From positions 186,001-250,000 of the forward strand of contig NOWV01000106.1 of NCBI GenBank assembly GCA_003344405.1: a stretch of 64,000 nucleotides of DNA. The letters are read 5' to 3'. The stretch comes from Trichoplax sp. H2. Its lineage: Eukaryota. The translations under genes were made by a program, and so were the position numbers. Shown in pieces: positions 38,701 through 50,200 of the stretch. The notes under the pieces were generated by a model. It saw only the letters and a list, made by a program, of their open reading frames with translations. It did no database searches and was not told the DNA's origin. The first letter of the stretch is position 1. Each line of letters begins with the position of its first letter.

Positions 38701-40077
38701 TTGTAAATTGTGAATAGAATATACGTACGCATTTACTACAGTATAATAATGTAGAAGTGGTATCAAACTATTAGTTAAAGCAAACTTTGTTACAAAGTAT
38801 TTATGTCAAAGCTAATAAGAAATGCCATATACTTGTGCGCAATCATATTTTAATACAAAGTTCCTAATAACAGAATCAGTGATATAATTTATACCTCTTT
38901 CATGAGATCTCTTTCAACTACACTTTGGGTAGCGATACCGGCATGATCGACGCCAGGAATCCATTGCGTTCGCTCGCCCTTCATTCTATGCCATCTGACG
39001 AGTGAATCCTGTATTGCTACTGTTAATGCATGGCCTACGTGTAATTTGCCGGTCACGTTGGGTGGAGGAAGCAACATGGTGAAAGATTCCTTACTTTCAG
39101 TTTCTATATAAATGTTTAATTGAAAACATGGCGTAGGATAATTTAATACTAGCTATTTGAGAATTGTAATCAAGGCTAAGAGCCTACAATCTAAAGCTAC
39201 TCTTAGTTATCATATACTGGAATATTCATTGCAGTTATAATTTCCAATTAGTCAAGAATAATAATAATGTAAAGATGAATCATTTCTAGAAGAAATAACT
39301 AAATTATTAATTGATAACGTAATGTATCAGTAGGGCAGTCAGTAGGCCAGATTCAAAGCTTAGTAAACAAACATACGGGTACTTGCATGTACATGATGTC
39401 GATATGAAAGCAGCAAGGTGATACAAGTATGCATATGCGTATACCACTGCAGGCATTATTACATTTGGTTTAGCGGCGTATTTTTTAAGTTTTGATTGTA
39501 CTAACGTCGATATCAAGCTAGTACGAGTACAAGTATACCCATGCAAGCGTTATTGCGGAAGAGAAACTTTTTAGTACACACTATGGCATCTAATGTTGAT
39601 ATGATGGATGTGTGCAAATGCATCATCGTCACGGCGGTCATAACTGCATGTTTAATGAATATTGTGTATATGCATGCCTGAATGCTTGCATTTTAGGGAT
39701 ATACGAAAGCAGTATAAATACTCATAACCCACTACAGGTATTGCATATGAGCAATTCCTAGATTGCCTGCTATGGATATGATAACATCAATATTATGCAG
39801 ATTGATCCTATAGTAATTATTTATTATTGGATTTTTAATATAATATTTCAGGACACTGACGTATTCCTAGAGGTAGAGTAAGTGCTGTACCATCAGCTCG
39901 CCGTTGCATATTACCTTTATCTTGAAATAAATTTTTCTTGATCCACCATTGGTACCAAAATTTATCCCTGCTAGTACTATCATATTTATCAGGTAAAGAA
40001 TAGAGTAGTCTAGGATAAATTGTTCTCGATATTGACGACAAGGTAAATCTTTTGGCATAAGACAGCATCATCTTCAT
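32714..40077 (-). CDS. VARS2: Valyl-tRNA synthetase, probably the mitochondrial form (many exons)
   Basis: [13 protein letters not shown] (HIGH), [65 protein letters not shown]-terminal coiled coil. Arg/Ser-rich, acid-free N-terminus [19 protein letters not shown] and no GST-like domain. Confidence 0.9.
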
Positions 40078-40287
40078 CTTGTTGTTAGCCAGTCATTCAT
40101 TCTTGAAATTGGAATTTTTCTTGAGCTCGCGAGGATACAACCAGTATCAACATCGAACAAAATCCTACATATCAGTGGAAATACAGTAGACTAATTTTAG
40201 ACCTATTAGCAAGATCTCATCAGGAAAGCAACTCGAAAACTAATTCTAATTCATTATATATAATTAAAATTAAATGAAATGATGTTG

Positions 40288-40734
40288 GCTGAAAGCGTAA
40301 ATTTCACAACACGGTTGAATGCATAAGCCTGATGCAGGCCTAATACCTCTATCTTTTCCTTCAAATGGCTACCCTTTGTGGCATATAGCCATGTAGTAGC
40401 TCTGTCTGCAAGGTTTTAAGCAAGAAAACCGCTACGAGAATAAAAGCTGGATGATTAGTGTTAGTTTAAAGCTGTTGACGGAACATGAATTGAAGTTTAC
40501 CGAGAAGTCTCTGCTTTAAGGTTTAGTAGAAGTCCTCTAGCTTCTGCAGGCTGTTTTCGATCGCATGCTCCCATCCTGTACCAGTACGCTTATACCGCTC
40601 ATTCATCCTACCCGTAGTAGCTAGTGAATGTATATTACCCTTCTCTAGCGTTTCAGCACTACTATCCCGTATGTATATACATTAGTACCTGCTACCGCGC
40701 AGGTACATTTCAATCTGGATAGTCTTGCAGATTG
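40288..40734. ncRNA. Candidate multi-branch structured element between the divergent VARS2 and small coiled-coil gene starts
   Basis: Closing helix gctgaaa/tttcagc (40288/40651) with at least 6 internal hairpins, plus two 3' hairpins. Confidence 0.4.
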
Positions 40735-40935
40735 TTGTCCATTTATCCACTTTATTATCATTTTAGCTACAGGATAGCAGGGGAAAATCGATATAAATAT
40801 CAATATGATGGCGATAGCCAGCCGTATTTAGCATAAGAGTTCCCTTAGATCAACTTATACCTTTTGTTATTATAGTAGATCATATTTAATGACAGTAATT
40901 TTGATACATCAGTGCATTACAATTAATTATTATCC

Positions 40936-42321
40936 ATGAGCAACGACGATACGAGGTAAGTAAAGAAACATTTCCAACAAGGATGTATTTCGCTCAGATG
41001 ACATATATATATATATATATATATCAATTATAAGGGTGAAATAGAATTATTGGTGTTGCCATGATAGTAATTTATTTTATCAGCCTGTTTTTTTTTTCTA
41101 TTTAACGTTGCTACAGTGAAAGGAAAGAGCTCCAATCGCAGTTTAATCGGTTTACACAACAATACAATTTCTTACATCGAGCAATTGTTGAAAAAGAACG
41201 AAACATCGCTCAACTTCTACAGGAGATTGATTTAGTCAACGAGGTAATAATATTACACACTTAATGTTTAAGCAATGCTATTAGTGATAAGGCATCTTAA
41301 CTGAAGGATGGCTATCAGTTAACTCTTGTTTTAATTATTACCTAAAATTATCATGGAGAAGCCAATTGACATAGTGTATGATTTTATTATCATGCAATGG
41401 ATCGAAAATCTTCAAGCCCATCAGGGCTATGAAGTTATATTATTATTATTATTTATATACTCTTAGTTATCATAGTAATTGAATACATATGAAGTTATTA
41501 GAAAATGATATAGATATTGTATCGATAAAGAATGCAGTAAGCTGTACAGTAAATAGTGATAAAACAATTCTATATTAACTTTAGTTAACGGACTAAAAAT
41601 GAAATGCCTTCTTGGATAGGATAATCAGAATCTAGTAATTGAACACGTATGAAGTCATTAGAAAATGATATAGATATTGTATCGATAAAGAATGCAGTAA
41701 GATGTACAGTAAATAGTGATAAAATAATTCTATATTAACTTTAGTTAACGGACTAAAAATGAAATGCCTTCTTGGATAGGATAATCAGAATCTAACGGCT
41801 AAGAAGCAATGGCTGAGTCAAGGCAGGGATTTAGAAAGAGAAGCGAGAAACATTGCGGCAGAAATAGATGGCGATTATTTAAAGTCTAAAGGTATCATAT
41901 AGCATTTTAGCCTCGCTTTTACTTCTGTATTGACATGTACGAATTTAGTAAGTACAATATTTAGAAAGTTATAACGTAAATTGTCGAAATTGCAATTAAA
42001 AAAGCGAATCAGATGACTATACAGTTTCCATTTCATAGTTTATTGATTCAGTAATATCTTACTCATCTATAATTCTACAGTTTTTATTGCTGGGATCCAT
42101 CAACTGACCTAGTAATCGCATATTAGTGTAACTGGCTAATTAAATTATTAACGGGGTATATTCGTTATGCTTTCTCGGGCCACATTAATAATGTAAGTAA
42201 ATTATTTCATTTTCTTATAGACGTTATGGAAGAATTAAATCGTACCAAAACAGTTTTAACACTGGAATCGAATATACTGATGGATAAATTACGACTGCAA
42301 TTGAAATCACAAAATACCTAA
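40936..42321 (+). CDS. Uncharacterised 119-aa coiled-coil protein (4 exons)
   Basis: Exons 40936-40955, 41117-41243, 41780-41891, 42221-42321 with GT-AG borders sum to 360 nt: MSNDDTSERKELQSQFNRFTQQYNFLHRAIVEKERNIAQLLQEIDLVNEDNQNLTAKKQWLSQGRDLEREARNIAAEIDGDYLKSKDVMEELNRTKTVLTLESNILMDKLRLQLKSQNT*. Confidence 0.75.
41003..41024. repeat. (AT)n microsatellite
   Basis: 11 AT units in intron 1 of the small gene. Confidence 0.9.
41473..41794. repeat. Near-perfect 160-bp tandem duplication spanning an intron 3' end and an exon start
   Basis: Copies start at 41473 and 41633 and differ by a few substitutions. Confidence 0.95.
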
Positions 42322-42817
42322 GAAAAATACTACTGTGAATTATGCATTGTATTATAACCTTGCTACGTATGTCATTGCTACAACCTATAATTCATGCAAA
42401 ATGGTACGTAGTCTTGTAATTTATTGAACAATAAAGAATATTCTCTTAATAACTTGTATCAAAATGAATGGGTCATTGCCCCTTCCACGAATTGAATAGT
42501 AATCCTCCGCTTATATCAGGGACTTCTTCTTGAAGTCCTTGCTCATACATATAGTGATAAACTATTAATTATTAATTGTTAGAACATGTTGATATTTTTT
42601 TATCACATGCTAACTAAGACCAAAACTTTAGGCACAATCTTTAAATCATTTGCAAATTGATTCGGTATTTATTTAGCTCAAAATAAATGTATACAACAAC
42701 GCTATTTTGCATAATACAATGCAATACAAGGATCGAATACAGTCCATTAACCTCATTCGTTTGAGTAAGTCTGCGCTATGATTCGTTGATAGAAACGATC
42801 CTTGATAAATTGTTGAG

Positions 42818-45770
42818 CTACTTAAATATTTTTCCCTGATTGAATTTTCTGCCACCGAAATCTCCTTCCCATAACAAATACTCGTTAATCAGCTTTTTGT
42901 CGTCTGACTTGTCAACATCCAGTTTAACGAATTCGTAAGAAGGAGCATCGATATTCCAATCTTCGTCGAGCTTCGTATTACAAATATTTAAAATACATTA
43001 CGTTACAATAATGTAAGCTAAAACACAAAATTGTAACTCCTATTAAGATCGTATTTTATCGTAAGTAACTTACATTAAAGATTAATTCTTGTCCGCGCAT
43101 TATCCAGATTCCTGAAATAGTGCTATCACCGTCTTTACCGAAAATGCAGACACTGCCAAACGCATGCTTCTTCAACTTTTCTATTCTTTGAAACATACCG
43201 CTAACTAAATTGCAAGACATAAATATCTTCTTGAGATCTTCTGGATATTTATATTCCCCCTTCCAAATTGAGAACCCTTCTTTGTCGAAATTTTCCCAAA
43301 AGTACGGAATCGCAACTTTTTCTGTGTCCTCGTTGGAATAAACTCGTTTGAAAGCATCAAGTACGAAGGCACTAGATAAGTATCAACATACGTTAATTAC
43401 ACCATTTCAAAACTTTTCGTCATATTGAAGTGATAATTTAGGCAGAGAAAAAATAAAAAGTATTATGATACCTTTTAGCAAGATTGGCAAAAGGATCAGG
43501 TTTCTTTGATTCTTTTGGTTTTTCGTCATCATCATCTGCTTGTGGCTTGGGTTTTGGTTTCGCGGCCTTTGTCTCCTCTTTCTGCTTTTTCTCTTTTTTT
43601 TGGTCCTTCTTATCTTTTCCTTGGTCCTTCTTGTCTTTTCCTTGGAGCTCTGCAAATCTTTTAGCTATGTAGTTTCGACGTTATTTTATGTAAGATAAAG
43701 AGTACGATTAAACAAGCAGAACTATTATCAGGGAGTCAAATTACGTATAATAGACTACCATCAAATTGTGCCATTTTTTCACAGAACTTGAATTCTCCAA
43801 TCACGTTACGGAATTGAGGTTGATTTACAAGCGTAGTAAACCATCGGTTAACGTTGGGGTAAGGTGCTCTAAATGCAGGATCAAGGACCTACAAGTGTAT
43901 AGCATATAACAATCAATTAGCGGTGTGTCCATTTTGTTTTTACTCGTTCTAAACATAAATGATGTTTCTAAATAACCTGTTTAAACAAGTGATACAGATT
44001 GCACGCCAAAGAGATATCAGCCAAGGTTACTCTTTCTCCGACCAAGAAAGTCCTTGTGGACAAGTCATTGTTGAGGACCTTTAAAATAGATGAGATCACT
44101 TCCTTGGCTTTTTCGGTATTCTAAAGAGATAAATCAAAAGTTGCTATTCAGCAAGATAGCATGAAATCTATAGACTTTATTTCATCATTAAAAGGTAGAG
44201 AGATGTTATTTCTTAGTATAGCAGTCTCTAGCACACAACTACAACGATTACTTGAGTTAAATGATTACTGATATGAAGTGAACTACTAAGACTTGCCTGC
44301 TTATTATACTGCATTATCCCGTAAGTTGGAAAAACCCAAGAACAAGCATGAGGCAAAACTTCATTGTCAGCTAGGCTTATATACTGCATAATTTTGGCAG
44401 CATCGGTTTTGGTTTTGCCATGTAGTTGTGCATTTGAAACTAGAATATACAAAATTGTTTCAATTTTTGGAATTATATACGAATATAACTTTTTAAAAAA
44501 GGACCCATCATCATGATCTACTTGAAATTTCATTCCATGTCAAGATAAATCACTTTCCAATTATAGAGTTGTTGAGAAATTGAACTTGTACTACCATTAC
44601 CCTGCATCTGTAATGGCATTACTCGTATTAAGGAGAGGCTGTTACAGTAAAGTATGAACCTGGCAAACATGACCAATACTGTACTAGCTCAAGTAGGTTA
44701 AGACGTTAACAAGCATCTGTTTAATTCAATTTAAATCTCCCTGGAATTGTCTTATTGAGGTCTATACAGCAGCATGAATAGTACAGTACAAAGTATGTGA
44801 ATAACAAAGTCCTATTAAGGGGGTAATTCAAAAGTAGTCGTTGCTGAAAGTAACAAATCCTATCAAGCTGATCGGTGAGAGATCGAATCGATCAAGTTGA
44901 ATACTGTACACATACCATAGTAGGCAATAGCGTTAGTTTCGTAAATGCAAGTTCCATCTGAGCCTTCGAATGCAGGTACCTACGCAATGTATTTTAAGTT
45001 CAATGATTAGAAATGTTAAAGAATCGATTAATATGAAGTTGTAGATGACTGCTGTAATAGTAGCTCATTAATTCCATAGTTGCAGTGTAAAATATTGAAT
45101 CATTATTGAGTATCAATACTATACGTCCATAGTGCTCGATGTCGCATCAATATCAGAAAATACTAAAGTAGAATAGCACTGAGGCATACATCTACAGAGA
45201 TACTCGTATCATTTCTTTCAACTATCCCAACAAATTACAGTATTACGATCTATAAAGATATACAGTAGGTCCAATGGGATAAGCACATGCGTCATTTGAT
45301 CACCGTCTTGGGAGACGAGACTCAAGAGATGCAGACAGAATGAACTATGGCCTTTACGTAGCCGTATAGGCAGTTATCCAAATTATTCTTTCATTTTTGT
45401 ATCTACACTATATCCCTAACTCTAAAATCATTTAATTGAACTACCTTTCCTAGGGGAAACTTTTCCAAGAATCCAGCGCTCTTATTAGTCTCGCCAAGGA
45501 CAAATTCTGTAGGTTCGGAAATCACCTTGATATCTGTATTGCTGTATTGGGCAGCAACAAGAATTTTGTATGCACGGAAATTATCCGGATAGGTGTACAA
45601 AACCTATAAATATGATATAAACAGAAATTAATTTACACTCACTAGTATGCTGTACTGTATACTAAAATGTTAGGTAGTTGAAAAAAATAACAGTTTAATA
45701 GAATAATTTGCAGATGTAGACGATAATATCATGATTGGAGTCGTAGTTGAAAACTTACACCGGACGCCAT
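42818..45770 (-). CDS. EEF1G: Elongation factor 1-gamma (about 9 exons)
   Basis: [25 protein letters not shown]...[42 protein letters not shown], Lys-rich linker, [23 protein letters not shown], ends FNQGKIFK*. Confidence 0.97.
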
Positions 45771-45781
45771 TGTGATTTATC

Positions 45782-45790
45782 AGAAAAGGA
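45782..45790 (-). promoter_or_regulatory. Putative TCT initiator / 5'TOP tract of EEF1G
   Basis: Minus strand TCCTTTTCT 11 nt upstream of the ATG, as expected for translation-factor mRNAs. Confidence 0.55.
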
Positions 45791-47247
45791 TCGTACATGC
45801 GCAAACATACGTGACAAATACTTTTGCTTGGCTATCCACTGACAGCCATGTAAGCGAATAGAACAGTTTGTACCAGTTTGATAGGACTGTACAGAACAGA
45901 GGTGTAAAAAGTATAGCCTACGGCATAACAGATATACTGTATACATACAGCATAATAATCCCTAGTAAACGCTATATTCTGTACACGTATTACTTGTATT
46001 GAGCAAGACCGTCGTTACTTTCTTTTTACCTGTATGGGGCCTAACAACCACTTATTTATACTTTACTATGAGAGGATTCAGCTAACGATGGACCGTAGAA
46101 TATATATAGTAAATCATTATTAAATTACCGTACTCACTTCTTTTTCTCTAACATAAATTATAACTACATCAGAGTTAAGAATAAAATTTTTCAACGTGGA
46201 GTCATACTCGTAGACGCAAGATATTCTAATCGCTTGGATGCTCATTGCTAACTGTATTAATTATAGATGATAAAGTAATGATGTAGACTTTAGCAAAGAG
46301 TAAAAACATACATATTTATTATCTAAGAATTGTCATCTCAGGTTATTATCAATAAATATCGCTACAGTTTACAACATAAACTGATTACAGACGGTGTTTT
46401 TAATCAGCATACAAAGAGTAACTGTACTATTTAATTAACAACGCGGTATGTCATTCCTAGCCATTAAAAGTAACTTTACAACTGTTTATCTCAAACCATC
46501 CAGTTATAGAGAAGATATTTTAGCAGAATATTTCTCTTGAGTTGCATAGTCTATAAATTGTTAAATCCTATAGCATTTTGCCAAGTATTCGCATTCATCA
46601 AATTAGATGAAATGTAATATTGCATGAAAACAAGATTGCCAAACTTGTATACTACCGTATGTATTTGTGACTGAGAACTTCGAATCTGCTATTGCTAAAC
46701 TTAGAGTATCGGCATTATGATAGATAGTACATAAATTTAAAGCGTTGTTCACTTTATCTGACGTACATACTGTATAATATATATTTAACCTTAAAGAGCA
46801 ATTAATCGAATAAATAATGGAATATATCTTTTATCATTTCATTCACCAGCGCAACAATTACTTTTTAAAAGACATCATTTGTCATAAGACAGATACATAT
46901 AATAATTTCTTGACATATTTAAGACGCTATAGTATTTACATTATTATATTATAACAACTACATTTAATATTTATAGTGGATATTAACATTCACAGGTTAA
47001 TAAAGGAATATTCTTATTAATTCGTGAGTATTCTGTTGTGGTATTAGCCGTTCAATTTTAATAAATTTAAATCGTCAAACTCCATGTCGACTAAAATTTC
47101 TTAAGATTACATACTGTAACATCAATTTAAAGTCAAAACATACGTTTATGATTTTTTCTGCATAAATCCATACAAAGGCTAGCAGGTTAAGTCATATGAT
47201 GACAATATATACTGTCATTAATTTTTTTTTACATTTGGTACTGCACT

Positions 47248-50200
47248 TTATTCATAGTCCATATTGTCTTTGTTAGAAGAGATCATCTTAATAACCGGTA
47301 AAACTCGAAGCACCGTCTCTGCAGGTGGATTTCCACCAAATTTCATAAAAAGGGATAATAAATCAGATGGATATCCTAGAAATAAAAATCGTTTATTTTA
47401 GATTCATAAAAAATAAACTAATTAAACCAAATTAGCATATAAATCAATTAATTTTAAAAAATACATATAAAGAATGAATCAAAAAGATAAAATTGCAGGA
47501 TAGACTTAGGTATACCTCCATCTTCATTCATGCCAAAAATCTGGTATGCTGGCGGTACGTCATACAACTGAAGAAAGCTAGCTAAATGCTCCAAGGTGCC
47601 TAAGTTGGCCGTTATCAGCTTAGCGCCATCTTTCACGTATTCTAAAAATGTATCGGGCTCTTTAAAAGTACCTATAAAAACATATTTGTACATTATGAAA
47701 CACATAAAGCTAGCAATTAAAATATACGAATTCATAATTATATAATAACTTCATTTTACTAACCTGTAATATCATCCAACATGTAGCACGAAACGTAAGA
47801 TTTTATGTACTCTAATAGTTCGTTGCTTATCAATGTTTCCTAAGACAAAATCATAGTCCATAAGATTTATTACACTCTAGTTAACGTAAATTTTATAAAA
47901 TAATATTAGCTAAAAATACCGTAACGGATTGCTTTATCCACATTTCATAGAAGGATATCATGAGATTTAATTCTACGAAATTCAACGGATTATATATTTT
48001 AGCACTTAGTTCGTGCAGTATATGATATATTGTCATGCATATGGTTATGATTTCGGTTTTTTCTTCTTTTACACATTCAAAAAGTAACGATGAAAATAAT
48101 GCCTTTAAATGATATTCTTGATCCTGTGAAAAGTCATTTATACAATATGTAGCTAACATTTAATCTTGAATTTCAATTAGCTATTACTTATTAGATCTAA
48201 ATCAAGGGCATAATAAAAAGGAGTTCACTTATCATACAGTATCATTCTTAGTATTATTGCATAGAAGTTCCGCAAAAGCCAACAGGTTTTTATTGGAAGT
48301 TAAAGACTTTATCTTGTTTATCTGTATAATAAGTGAAATTTAAACACAATTTATCAATTTTATGGTTATAAAAGCAGCGGTAAAGGAGATTGAAAATATT
48401 ACTTTTGATGGTTGACAAAATAAGCTTTCTTTTTCAATGGAGAAATCTCGTGCCAATGCATTTTGTAAGCCCTGCAATGTGAAGCAACGATTATGAAAAT
48501 TAACAGTTGATAACTGCGATAAATGAACTGTATTAAAAATATCTAAGATCTGCCTACCTTTGGATCAGACTTGTAATTGAGAAACCCAGCCCGTCTTTTA
48601 ACAAAGACAGTACCATGATTATCTAGTAATGCTCTAAAAGGAGATAGAAATTACGCACCGTAAGATATATTTAATGTTTTAAGCTACTATGTACGGTATG
48701 CACTGTACGGTACTTTTGCAATTTCGAATCATTTTCTAGTTCTAGTCTAATTGGCCAATATCGAGGTCCTTCGATATTTATCTGAAAAGCAAAGAAAGTT
48801 AGTCAGTGATCTAGGGCGAATAGTGGTACTTACTTTAAAAGGCATTTAAATGAGTACTGATGACAACTATTGGTCTTTACTTGTTCGATTAGGTGTAACT
48901 CAGGAAGCAGACATGGGGTGGTTAAATTCAGCTTACATCGTTGATAGTTTTCAGTAGCCTTATGTACAAATAAGATGAAATCGTGTTCAGTTTATATAAA
49001 ATAACATAGATGGAGCTCAGATATATTACACAAGGCGATCATACTTTCAGTGTGACTGATATCGGTACGTATACTGGGTCTCCATCGTCAATATTTCGTG
49101 TAACCATAATTCGTGGTTGTGAGGCTAACGCATAAAGATGACGAAGTGCTTGAAGATGGTATTTATTGTCACAGCTGTTGGCTGGAAAATAGGGATAGAG
49201 AGAAGCTACCAAATATGCTACAGATTCATTTGTTGTATTTAACGTATATCTAAGATATGGAAAACATCAATGGCTTGTTTAGTCTCAAACATAACGACAT
49301 ACTGTACACATTTCGAACAGTAAATAATTCCAATACCGCGAAATCATAAAAATTACAATACTTATTTCGACTGAAGTACCGTACTGCATATTGACTAAAA
49401 TTATTTACGGTAAAGAATAAGTAAGTTATGGCGCCTGGACACTGTTATATCATTCCAAACTTTATAAAGAATCAGTCTATGATTTATCTATCGCCATTAA
49501 AATATGATTGAATTCAGTACGTACCGTCCTCCACCAAGAAATAATAATCCTATAGACATATGTATCGCCATGTGTCTACCATAGTTGATTTCGGTCGATC
49601 CTAATTGAGAATGTAATTTTCGTAATGTCTTTAAAACCGTCAAATTGCCTGTGCCAGACATAACCTGAATATCAAGTCATAAAATCGTTTAGAAAAGATT
49701 GGACTTTGTGCGAAATGCCATTTCAAAAAGCAAAGATGTCACTAATTGTATGGCAAAAATTTATCAAGTTTACCATAGCCAGCGCTAAGCATATAGTCCC
49801 AAGACACATTTCTATCGTACACTTTCCAGCCTCTTCAGATATCCTCGGATTTTGTTGTAATTTTATTACAAAGTTCAGATAATGTGTCTAATTCAATGCA
49901 TAAATATAACATTAATTTCAATCAGCGTCATTGATAGCGTCAACTTTCATACGATAAGCAATTCTTGCCATCTCATGAAACACAAGGGCTACTAAAGCAA
50001 TTTTAGTAAAATAGCAACTTTTGGCAGAGTTAGTTTTCATAGAATGTTCATTAAAATATATCTGAACGTATTCGCGAAATGAGCTATAAAATATATTACA
50101 TATGCTTTACCAAAGTAGAGAATGCTTCTGCGTTAGCAGATCCTGCAAATCGAAATCCAATAGCCATACAAGCTCCAGCAGTAATATATAGCTTAACTTG

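Noticed and set aside
42081-42192. Possible poison or alternative exon in the small coiled-coil gene
   Set aside because: Splice-like borders only; it would introduce an early stop and has no other support
40077-42818. EEF1G-VARS2 operon, suggested by the lack of a TACTG cluster
   Set aside because: An opposite-strand spliced gene occupies the interval, implying a separate promoter
46505-46865. Exon-like minus-strand segments between ANAPC1 and EEF1G (VCTSDKVNNALN..., DYATQEKY...)
   Set aside because: No start exon can be joined in frame, there is no recognisable homology, and ANAPC1 already has a stop at 47248
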